From Promethearchaeota archaeon (lineage in GTDB: Archaea; Asgardarchaeota; Thorarchaeia; Thorarchaeales; Thorarchaeaceae): 34,517 nt of DNA. The stretch spans positions 1-34,517 of the forward strand of contig WJMJ01000032.1 in assembly GCA_014728035.1 (NCBI GenBank), read 5' to 3'. The position numbers and the translations under genes are program-made. Below the pieces are notes generated by a model that saw only the letters and a program-made list of their open reading frames with translations, did not search any database and was not told where the DNA came from. Below, in pieces: positions 1 to 8,639 of the stretch. Numbering within the stretch: position 1 is the stretch's first letter; each line of letters opens with the position of its first letter.

Positions 1-3000
1 CGGTATTATCAGATTAATGCCATGACCCTCTGTGATACTGACAAAGATGGCTATCGGGAGATAATCATTGGTGGAACTAATGATATTCGATTGAACAGGC
101 CTGATGGATTCGTCTATATTTACGAATGTGTAGGCGGAACCTTCCAACAAGCTTGGAGTGCTCCTAGCGAAGTAACCTACTGGAATCCAATAAGTGTCTT
201 AGAATTGGATGATCAAGATTACGATGGAGAACAGGAAATCATCATTGGGCATACAAAAGGTTTTGATATGTGGGAGCATATCCCTGGGACTGATTCTGAG
301 TATAAGAAGGTAGAATATGTTACAGCATCTCCTAACTATCCTCGAATATCCTATGACTCTTCTATCTATGATGGAGAAACCTATGCATACTCTGGACACT
401 ATCTCAAAGATATGGTTAAACTCACAGGCAGTTATGACTATGTTATTTGGCAGGTCTATGAGAATGATAATGAGATATATCTGAGGGGGTACAATCTTAA
501 TACTGAATCATGGATAGCTGGTGTGCCACTAGTTGGTACATATGTCAGTCATACTTCTGGAACCGATGTGGATTATGAAACTCGACCTACTATCACAGCT
601 ATGTCCAGTGATAACGACTTGTATATTGCTTGGGAGATGACTGCAACCAACGCATCACATTATATCGTGATTGTATCGTATGATTATGCGTCTACAACGT
701 GGAGTGAACCGATGTATATCCAAGATATCACTGGTTTTCCATGGGTGCGGAGAAATTATCCTTCTGTATTTGAGATTAACAACACACATGTTGGTCTAAC
801 CTATATCTATGATGATATTCTCTTCACAAACAAGCTAGGATACATGATTATTCCACGGGATTTGTCTTCTACCTACGCACGCTCTGCGCAGTATAATGGA
901 TATGCTAATTTCAACATACATGATGCTCGGGCAACTAGGTTAGAAGATGGCAGTTTTGCTATCGCAATGTCTGCCATAAATACAGAGCTGACCAAACCGG
1001 ATTATGATATTTGGACAGTGGTTGTTGGCAATGACCTCAACTTCACTGGTGTGAATCCGCATCAAGCAACTACATCATATTATGATGAATTCTATGTTGA
1101 TATAGAATATCTCAGATCAGATGAGCATGCACTAGTAATATCTTATGAGAATGTAGGTGCTCCCCTTGAAGATAGATTCGCAATGACATCAAGTCTTGAT
1201 AGGGGTTCAACGTGGGGTCGTCCAGATTATCTGAACTCGATTCCAAATTACATTGAAAGATTTGAAGATCCAACTGATAACACAGTCACCTACAAGAAAG
1301 GAGGCATGTTTCTCTCTGGACCCATTGCGTACGGCCCAGCATTCGTTCCTCTTGCTGATGGGGGTTTCCTCTATACTGGAACATTTGCTTATATGATTAG
1401 ATTTACTCAAGTATTTGGTCCAGATGTTGTGACCTTCCATGTACCAGCTGGTGACTTATGTTATGGAATCAATCCACAATCCGATTGGGTTCATAACAAT
1501 CTACATGATGTCATTGACTTGGATGTAGGAGATACTGATGGCGATCATAGACGTGAGGTTGTAGTTGGGTTTGACCATCAGGTCGCAGCATACGAAATGA
1601 AATCTAGCTCTGATGGAACAGGTATCATGAGCTATGATGAAGTCTGGTTGTCGAATCCATTTGAGAATCCAGTGACAGCTTTGACTGTCTATGACTCTAA
1701 CGGAAATGGCTTCGAGGAGATAGGTATCGCCACAGAGCGTGGAGATGTCTTTCTCTATGAATTCTCGACACCTGCAATTGGAGTATCATCACTAATGACA
1801 TCTGAAATTGATTGGATCACATCAACCACCCCATCCACTGGTAATTTCGGATCTTATCGTGATATGATGGCATTTGATATTGATCAAGATGGTCTAGATG
1901 AGATGGTGTTCGCAGCTAAGAACAATAACATGACTTTCTGTCTTGATGACGATGGATCAGTTCTTTGGAATGAGACTCCAGGAGCTTCAGGATACAACAA
2001 TCTGTATCTGTCAGATATTACTAATGACTCGATTCCTGAAGTCTTTCTTGCAGGAATTGATGATACTATCTACATTTTAGATGTCACAGATGGTTCGCTC
2101 ATTGATGATATTATCAGCCCTTCATATTCAGTGTATGATATCCAAGTAGCTGATATAGATCAGAATGGTGAGAAAGAGATTCTTGCTACAACAGCTAATG
2201 GCCATTTCTGGCTGTTCCATCTTAATGGTAGCATGTATCATCATTATACCCCCACTGGTTTAGACCTCAAGTTTATGGAAGTTGGTAATTTCACTGGTGA
2301 GTCTACTCTAATGGTCGCAATCACTGACGAAGATGGACATCTGTGGATGATCAATCCATTAAATGGAACCGAATTCTATGAGAGTCCATCCAACACAGTC
2401 TATTTCGAATCTCAACCCAAGGCATACGACTTCGATAATGATGGTGTCGACGAACTAGCTTTTGGTTATCAAGCCGTATCTATTATTGATTTTGAAAAGA
2501 ACGAGATTTACTACAATAGTTCAACCTACAGCTATGTACACACAATTGAGGTAGCTGATTTCGATAATGACAACAATGTAGAGATTCTAGCTGGAACTCA
2601 ACTACATGGACTAGTCATGGTCGATGCAGTAGAACTACAAGTGCAATGGCAGTATGACTCTGAGTTTCTACTCCATTGGTGCTATGATTTCACTGTAGGT
2701 GATTTTGGTGGAAATGGCAATCCTGATATTGCACTGAGTTTCTGGAATGTATCTGCTACTCCTTACCTTGGAGCAATTGTGGCATTAGATGGTCGAAGTG
2801 GAATTCCAATGTGGTTCAATACGACCAATGACCCAGTGCTATCTATTGTAGCAGCTAACATAACTGGTGGTACTACTCACTCAGTAGTCGGATGGGAACC
2901 TCAGAGCGATTCTATCTATGCAATCACAGGTTATGAGCGTATATTCCCAACACTACCAGATGCATACACCATACACGAGCTGTATATCAATCAGACCGTA

Positions 3001-4254
3001 ACTGATAGTTACATTAATGACATGTGGGCACACGATCTGAGTAAAGATGGGCTTGACGAGGTCATCACCTACGATGATAATGATTTCCTGATTTGCTGGA
3101 ATGCAACCGAAGGAACAGTCATCTGGAATAAGACCTATTCATCTGGAATTGGAGACCTCAAGTTTGGAGATGTCGATGGTGGAGGTTGGGACGATATCGT
3201 TCTCTACACCTATGATGGAATTGTAGAATTCATCGATGGTCAAACTGGCAACGCCTACAGTTCAGTAACTGCTGAAACTGGCTTTGATGTGGTTGGTATC
3301 GCTGTTGGCGAATTCGCTACAGGGGTAGGTTATGATGATCATGAGGTCTTTATTCTCACTCGCAAATCTTCGAGCACTTACACAGTCTATGGTGCTTGGT
3401 ACAGCGAGGATGGTCTCATGGACCATGATTTCTCAAGCAATTGGACTTCTCCAAGCATGGGTATTGAATTAGCTGTGGGTTATATCTCTAGCTCGACAAC
3501 TTTGGACATAATTTGTGGTAGTGGTTCAAGCGGCGGTAGGTTATATCGCGGTTACGATGGTCAGTATCTAGCACTTTTTGGTACTAGTGCTTATGGTATT
3601 GCAATAGGAGATATTAATGCTGATACTGTTGATGACATTGCTATCAAAAATTCAGTCGATACTGTTAGTGTCTATAATGGTGCTACATATGGATTCCTTT
3701 ATTCCAAGTCCTTCGGGGTAGCAAATCTTCGCGGACTCTGGTTTGCAGATATTCACAATAATGATGGGACCGAAGAACTTGTTGTCAATTTTGTTGGCGT
3801 GGGAGTCTATGCTTACGATAGCACAGGTACTGCTGTTTGGTACTTCGATGCTCCTATCACAGTAAGCTCAACCAGTTCCTGGTGTCAGTTCGCCGATATG
3901 GATGCTGATGGTCATACTGATCTGGTATTCACCAACTTTGAATATCTGAGTGTGATTAGTGGGGCAACTGGCGATTTACTCTGGCACTACCAGCACCCGT
4001 ATAGAGTCTACAAACCTATAGTTGGTCAATTTGCAAAGGTGGGAGATGCACTAGATGTTGCAGCATTTAGTAACACCTACTTCTATGTAGTATCTGGAAG
4101 ACTAACTCCTAGAAGTGTACCAGTGGTTTTGCCAATTGGTAGTAGTAGTTCTGGATTTATGCAAGTACTAGGAACAAGTCTTGCACTTGGAATCCCATTA
4201 CTTGTAGTAGCAACTGCAGGAATCTATGTCTATAGACGTAGAGAAGAAGAATAA
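1..4254 (+). CDS. Large cell-surface FG-GAP/VCBS-repeat beta-propeller glycoprotein with C-terminal membrane anchor (5' truncated by window)
   Basis: The frame is open from base 1. It has about 15-20 DxDxDGxx(E/D)-like Ca-binding FG-GAP motifs (DTDKDGYREI, DIDQDGLDEM, DFDNDGVDEL, DMDADGHTDL), one Asp-box (SLDRGSTW) and many NxS/T sequons. A C-terminal hydrophobic helix is followed by RRREEE. Confidence 0.9.
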   Translation, partial: RYYQINAMTLCDTDKDGYREIIIGGTNDIRLNRPDGFVYIYECVGGTFQQAWSAPSEVTYWNPISVLELDDQDYDGEQEIIIGHTKGFDMWEHIPGTDSEYKKVEYVTASPNYPRISYDSSIYDGETYAYSGHYLKDMVKLTGSYDYVIWQVYENDNEIYLRGYNLNTESWIAGVPLVGTYVSHTSGTDVDYETRPTITAMSSDNDLYIAWEMTATNASHYIVIVSYDYASTTWSEPMYIQDITGFPWVRRNYPSVFEINNTHVGLTYIYDDILFTNKLGYMIIPRDLSSTYARSAQYNGYANFNIHDARATRLEDGSFAIAMSAINTELTKPDYDIWTVVVGNDLNFTGVNPHQATTSYYDEFYVDIEYLRSDEHALVISYENVGAPLEDRFAMTSSLDRGSTWGRPDYLNSIPNYIERFEDPTDNTVTYKKGGMFLSGPIAYGPAFVPLADGGFLYTGTFAYMIRFTQVFGPDVVTFHVPAGDLCYGINPQSDWVHNNLHDVIDLDVGDTDGDHRREVVVGFDHQVAAYEMKSSSDGTGIMSYDEVWLSNPFENPVTALTVYDSNGNGFEEIGIATERGDVFLYEFSTPAIGVSSLMTSEIDWITSTTPSTGNFGSYRDMMAFDIDQDGLDEMVFAAKNNNMTFCLDDDGSVLWNETPGASGYNNLYLSDITNDSIPEVFLAGIDDTIYILDVTDGSLIDDIISPSYSVYDIQVADIDQNGEKEILATTANGHFWLFHLNGSMYHHYTPTGLDLKFMEVGNFTGESTLMVAITDEDGHLWMINPLNGTEFYESPSNTVYFESQPKAYDFDNDGVDELAFGYQAVSIIDFEKNEIYYNSSTYSYVHTIEVADFDNDNNVEILAGTQLHGLVMVDAVELQVQWQYDSEFLLHWCYDFTVGDFGGNGNPDIALSFWNVSATPYLGAIVALDGRSGIPMWFNTTNDPVLSIVAANITGGTTHSVVGWEPQSDSIYAITGYERIFPTLPDAYTIHELYINQTVTDSYINDMWAHDLSKDGLDEVITYDDNDFLICWNATEGTVIWNKTYSSGIGDLKFGDVDGGGWDDIVLYTYDGIVEFIDGQTGNAYSSVTAETGFDVVGIAVGEFATGVGYDDHEVFILTRKSSSTYTVYGAWYSEDGLMDHDFSSNWTSPSMGIELAVGYISSSTTLDIICGSGSSGGRLYRGYDGQYLALFGTSAYGIAIGDINADTVDDIAIKNSVDTVSVYNGATYGFLYSKSFGVANLRGLWFADIHNNDGTEELVVNFVGVGVYAYDSTGTAVWYFDAPITVSSTSSWCQFADMDADGHTDLVFTNFEYLSVISGATGDLLWHYQHPYRVYKPIVGQFAKVGDALDVAAFSNTYFYVVSGRLTPRSVPVVLPIGSSSSGFMQVLGTSLALGIPLLVVATAGIYVYRRREEE

Positions 4255-4261
4255 ACAAGAT

Positions 4262-4295
4262 AGCTCTCCTTGATGGAGGGCTTCAATTCTTTTTT
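4262..4295 (+). terminator. Hairpin plus T-tract terminator of the FG-GAP gene
   Basis: AGCTCTCC-ttgat-GGAGGGCT stem (one G.U pair) 8 nt after the stop, followed by TTCTTTTTT. Confidence 0.65.
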
Positions 4296-4437
4296 ATACC
4301 CACTAAAGTGTAGTGTAGTTCGAATACTTTTAGAATCTGAAATCTATCTTTGGATTTGATAAACTATACTCGTTGTGAATTTCTCTACATCACATGAACT
4401 CCAAAGCATTACTTGATGATTAATCTTCGGAATTAAC

Positions 4438-5892
4438 TTAGCTTGGGGTTTCTACTTTTGCTTCCGGAGCTAATTTTCCATTGAGTTTCTCTTTTATTAT
4501 GGTACGGAATCCTTTTCCAGTCACTTGAGGTAAGATGATGAATATGAAACCCAGAAGTGCGATAGCAAACCCAGAGATGACTAGTAAACCGAAATTTACA
4601 AGCTCTACTAATACGACCCACAAAGACCCAAGTCCGAGATGAAACATACCTGCAAATGTACCCGCTTTGGCGAAATCAGCAAATGAGATGGGGTCATGTT
4701 CTTTCTCAGACTCTCCTATTGCAACCATATTGGATGGAGAGCCAAGTGGAGTAAAGACATTTCCTCCAACGTTGACTGCAAAGACAAGTGCTAAGGGTAA
4801 AACAGCGCTTATTGTTGAGAAACGTAATGCTACTGGTGCAAGAACAGCTGACACGGGTAAGTTATCGAGAAATGCAGAGAGAATAGCTGGAATCCAGACC
4901 ATAAATACTAAAGCTATAACCGCATTATCCCCTATCAAGCCCAATAATCCATCACCAATTGCTTCGATTATTCCTGTGAGATCTAGAGCTCCAACCAGAC
5001 CAAATAATCCAACTAGGAAAAATATTGTATCCCATCCGACTTCAGTCAGAAATTCTGCAGCTCTCTCGTGTGCTAAAATCAACAATGAAGCTGCCACAAT
5101 TATCGCTATCATAGATGGGGATATCCCAAGAGAAGCTGATAAAGTAAAACCGATGATTAATCCTGCAAAAGCAATAACTGATGCGTAGAAATCACGTCTT
5201 GATTTAATCATGATAGAAGGGTCAATTCGAAAGAGTAACTGAATATTATCCGCATCTGTTGGAGTAAATTTGTCCTTGAAATAATAGGTAAGAACCAACC
5301 AAGTGACTATGAACAGTATCATGGATATTGGCATAAATGTGAGAAACAGCATCCCTGCATCGATGTTTGCTGCCTTTGCAATGACGATGTTCGGCACTGC
5401 TCCAACAATAGAGGGGATTGATCCCACGTTGGCAACTATCGCTTCTGAGATTAGTAATGGCTTGAAGTCCATTCTAAGAGCTTGACAGACTTGGATGCTC
5501 AGAGGTGCCATGATTAGAATTGTCGACACGTTATCAAGGAATAGCGAGATGAAGAAAACAAATACTAGGAATATCGTATAGAGGCTCTTTGGTCTACCTC
5601 CACTGGGAGCAGCTAGCTTCAAAGCTAGAAACTGAAACATTCCTGAACCTCCCGCTACTGAAACAATAATCATCATGGAGGTAACGAAGAGCACAGTATC
5701 CCATTCTATATGGTGTATCAGGTCGAGGAATGTAATGCCATCAGATATACCCATAACTTCAGCTGCTTTAATGACGACACCAGTCAGGCCCATTCCTAAA
5801 AGACTCATGCCAGTACGGTTAACTTTCTCAGAACTTATTATCACATATGTCCCAATGAATACTAATAGTACGCCAATTGCCAATGCATCCAT
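4438..5892 (-). CDS. ArsB/NhaD/SLC13 (IT superfamily, P-protein-like) anion permease
   Basis: About 12-13 TM segments with IT-superfamily repeats: IEWDTVLF...SLFLDNVSTIL...ANVGS.PS.VG..PN and VGWDTIFF...SAFLDNLP...NVGGN..TPLGSPSN. Confidence 0.9.
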   Translation of the reverse strand: MDALAIGVLLVFIGTYVIISSEKVNRTGMSLLGMGLTGVVIKAAEVMGISDGITFLDLIHHIEWDTVLFVTSMMIIVSVAGGSGMFQFLALKLAAPSGGRPKSLYTIFLVFVFFISLFLDNVSTILIMAPLSIQVCQALRMDFKPLLISEAIVANVGSIPSIVGAVPNIVIAKAANIDAGMLFLTFMPISMILFIVTWLVLTYYFKDKFTPTDADNIQLLFRIDPSIMIKSRRDFYASVIAFAGLIIGFTLSASLGISPSMIAIIVAASLLILAHERAAEFLTEVGWDTIFFLVGLFGLVGALDLTGIIEAIGDGLLGLIGDNAVIALVFMVWIPAILSAFLDNLPVSAVLAPVALRFSTISAVLPLALVFAVNVGGNVFTPLGSPSNMVAIGESEKEHDPISFADFAKAGTFAGMFHLGLGSLWVVLVELVNFGLLVISGFAIALLGFIFIILPQVTGKGFRTIIKEKLNGKLAPEAKVETPS

Positions 5893-6012
5893 GAATATAC
5901 GCTCGTTCCTGAAACAACATTCTGGTATTGAATCTGTTTCAGATTTTTCCTATTATACCAATTAGGAGAACCTATCTTAAATATTGCGTGAGAATGCGCA
6001 TAATAATTCGCT

Positions 6013-7068
6013 CTACGAGGCAAAGACAAGTTTAATCAGGTCTGATGATTCCTGAAAAGCACCTCTTTCACCGTCATATTCTTCAATTTCTTTCTGGTAA
6101 ACTAATTGGAATTTTTCAGTGAAATCCTGCAATTTGTCAAGAAGAATCGTATATGGTTTTGTGGAGATGAGTACTGCTAGTATTCCATCACCATGTACGA
6201 ATAAGACTGAGTATTCTCCTACAGTCAGATGATTGAGACCTTCTTTAGTAATTAATAATTCTTGGAATAAATTCTGAATTCCAGCAATACCAGCTGCGGT
6301 AAGCCCCTCATCAAAACTTACTGAAGACTTGAAGGTATGATGATGCATCAATACACCTGTTGATTGAAGAATATACAACTCCATCAGATATTCTTCCCAA
6401 TCTAATTCATTCAAAGCTGGGGAACCTATGATGATTAATCCAAGGACAATGAGAGATATCACTAAAATGATTCCTGAAATAATATACGTAGCTGGTCCTA
6501 GATTATAGAATACCATATCGCTTTTCCCAATATACCCAATAATTCCAATGAGAAAAGCAACCCAAATCTGTCCGATATTCTTCTTGACCTCACCTACAGT
6601 TATGTTCCTGTAATAACGGATGAACATGAAGAGGAGTACTGCCATCACCACGTATCCCACATAAGCTGTATAGATCATCTGTTCTCTAGGAAGAAGAGCA
6701 GCAAAAAATCCCATAACAAGTAATAATCCCGTAGGGATGTGAAATGTTCGGTAATCTACTATATTCTCAACGCCAAATGAAAATCCGGAAATTGCAATAA
6801 AGAGACCCACATATGCAAACTTCGCCCAGAATGTCGATTCAGCTGGGGTAATGAAATAAATATCTGACTGGATGAAACCAAAGCTATTGATTGCCATTCC
6901 ATACATGAATAGTGCCCAAGCAATACGCGAATCAACTATTTTTCTCAAAGATGCTCTATACCATTGTAAAACAAAAATTGTACCTAATAATACCGAGTAC
7001 AATACTACTGAGGCGTTTACTAATAGTGCAAGGTCTCGAATCAATGTTACTGTTTCGAAAGTTGGCAT
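6013..7068 (-). CDS. 7-TM membrane protein with C-terminal longin-like domain
   Basis: Seven hydrophobic segments in aa 10-215. The C-terminal ~125 aa follow a longin/profilin-like pattern (LYILQSTGVLMHH..LTAAGIAGIQNLFQEL..GEYSVLF..GILAVLIS..LLDKLQDFTEKFQLVY) typical of Asgard longin domains. AGGAG RBS upstream. Confidence 0.75.
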   Translation of the reverse strand: MPTFETVTLIRDLALLVNASVVLYSVLLGTIFVLQWYRASLRKIVDSRIAWALFMYGMAINSFGFIQSDIYFITPAESTFWAKFAYVGLFIAISGFSFGVENIVDYRTFHIPTGLLLVMGFFAALLPREQMIYTAYVGYVVMAVLLFMFIRYYRNITVGEVKKNIGQIWVAFLIGIIGYIGKSDMVFYNLGPATYIISGIILVISLIVLGLIIIGSPALNELDWEEYLMELYILQSTGVLMHHHTFKSSVSFDEGLTAAGIAGIQNLFQELLITKEGLNHLTVGEYSVLFVHGDGILAVLISTKPYTILLDKLQDFTEKFQLVYQKEIEEYDGERGAFQESSDLIKLVFAS

Positions 7069-7165
7069 GATTATTGCTCCTGAGCTTCATCCTCTCATAT
7101 GAAGCGTTCGTAGGTTTGTTTTGAACTTAATTAAGAAATCTAGTATACCTGATTAGATCCTTGAT

Positions 7166-7211
7166 AAAGAAAAAGTGTAAGTGTGGTGGGGAAGAAGAGG
7201 TACCCCACCAC
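7166..7211 (-). terminator. Hairpin plus T-tract terminator of V4R gene 1
   Basis: Perfect 9-bp stem GTGGTGGGG (7183-7191) / CCCCACCAC (7203-7211), followed on the - strand by TTTTTCTTT. Confidence 0.7.
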
Positions 7212-7224
7212 TAATTCCCATGTT

Positions 7225-7782
7225 TTAATCCCATTCTTCTTTGAATCGGATTTCAAAGCGACAGACATCATCGCCTTTTGCTATACATGCTGTTTCCCTA
7301 GCTTCTACTTCATGTCCCATAATTTTGGTAACATATCCATTTGCATATCCGGTTAATAGAGTACAGACTGGATGGTCAACTTGTCCAATTCTGTCTAACC
7401 ATTGTTCTGCCATGAATGAGTTTTCCCACACGCCTTTGAATAGAAAGTGACCATTATCAGGGTCTACTTCCATTACTTCTGGTTTTGCGTGTACGATTCC
7501 CTCTCCACTGTGGATCGCAGGTCCCATTGCAAGCCAGTCTTCCAGTGTATCTGGACTGAAGTCTCTCTTTAGTGTTTCAGCATCATGTTGTCCAGCGTGT
7601 TCTCCCATACGATAGAAGAACATTTCCAGCATGTTTTCGTCTGAAATTTGCATGATGAATTCCATTAGTTCCCCAATAGAATCTGCCGGCATGATAACCA
7701 TTCTAGTGCTTCCGAGCATTAGTTTAGCAGTATCCTCGTGAATTTCGAGGAGGTCTTTCAAATGTACGTCTTTTATTTTCAT
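7225..7782 (-). CDS. Standalone XylR_N/V4R aromatic-effector-binding domain protein (paralog 1)
   Basis: Motifs RMVIMPADS, GPAIH..EG, W.NSF.AE, PVC..LTGYANGY and ARETACIAKGDDVCRFEI match the DmpR/XylR/MopR A-domain, including the Cys/Glu/Cys/Cys Zn ligands. GGTGA RBS 6 nt before ATG. Confidence 0.9.
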   Translation of the reverse strand: MKIKDVHLKDLLEIHEDTAKLMLGSTRMVIMPADSIGELMEFIMQISDENMLEMFFYRMGEHAGQHDAETLKRDFSPDTLEDWLAMGPAIHSGEGIVHAKPEVMEVDPDNGHFLFKGVWENSFMAEQWLDRIGQVDHPVCTLLTGYANGYVTKIMGHEVEARETACIAKGDDVCRFEIRFKEEWD

Positions 7783-7889
7783 TCGTTCTCACCCTTTGTC
7801 CCAAAGTGATGCGCACCATGGTACATGGACCGTTCTTGTGAACGCATTTTCAGCTGGGGGACTGACAATCGTAATAGTACATAGTGCGC

Positions 7890-7920
7890 TGTTATCAATA
7901 ATAATTATTAATATATAACA
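7890..7920. promoter_or_regulatory. AT-rich palindrome in the divergent V4R/Fur promoter region (candidate Fur/PerR box overlapping a TATA-like element)
   Basis: Perfect TAATAATTATTA (7899-7910) nested in TGTTAT/ATAACA arms. It resembles Fur/Per box repeats but lies in very AT-rich DNA. Confidence 0.4.
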
Positions 7921-8085
7921 TTTCGTTGTTTGTAGCAAAAACTATTTGATAGTTTATTATACAAAATAACTCATATAATTAAAACAAATATATTATATAA
8001 TACTCAAGAAAGACTGAAAAGGCTCTTTCCATCTCAAATTAACTTGAACTAATCAGTTTCAGGAAATACTAGGAGCGAATTAGTA

Positions 8086-8526
8086 GTGTATCCCTTTGAA
8101 AAACGTCTCATAGAGGTATTAAGAAGGGCCAAACTCCGAGTGACACCTCAAAGATTAGCAATATACGAGGCATTGTTCAAGGGGAAGTCGCATCCCACAG
8201 TAAATGAGGTATATGAACATGTTAGAAGCAGAAATCCTGCAATTAGTTTAGCGACAGTATATCAGACTTTGCAAGTACTTGTTGATCTTGGATTAGCTCA
8301 AGAACTTAGCTTCAAGGAGGGAGCTACTAGATATGATGCCAACATGGAACCCCATGTAAATGTTGTCTGCAAGATATGTGGCAATATTGATGAGATATTT
8401 CCTAAAGAAATAGATCCTCTTCTTGATAGCATTCATGATGAAATCGACCAGACAATTGAAGGATATCGTTTTGATGTCTATATTATATGTGATACCTGTC
8501 AGAAAAAAGAGAGGAATGAATCGTGA
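8086..8526 (+). CDS. Fur-family (PerR-like) transcriptional regulator
   Basis: RVTPQR, HPTVNEVY, ISLATVYQTL, RYD..EPH, and two CxxC motifs (CKIC, CDTC). GTG start with upstream AGGAG. Confidence 0.92.
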   Translation: MYPFEKRLIEVLRRAKLRVTPQRLAIYEALFKGKSHPTVNEVYEHVRSRNPAISLATVYQTLQVLVDLGLAQELSFKEGATRYDANMEPHVNVVCKICGNIDEIFPKEIDPLLDSIHDEIDQTIEGYRFDVYIICDTCQKKERNES

Positions 8527-8639
8527 CTAGGGATATTTCTACAAAATACTATTTTATATCTCAAAATCAAAATCTATACCTAAGTGCTGGGGTTAAAGAA
8601 CGCAGCCTAGACTTATGTTAAACGATAGGAGGCTGCATT

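Noticed and set aside
7225-7782. V4R proteins as TRAPP/Bet3 orthologues
   Set aside because: They retain the XylR/DmpR ligand and zinc residues, so they belong to the aromatic-sensor branch. Only the fold is shared with Bet3.
8581-8615. Weak interrupted hairpin in the kinase leader (and a similar 7-bp stem at 7084-7105)
   Set aside because: Short stems with mismatches that cannot be distinguished from chance without comparative data.
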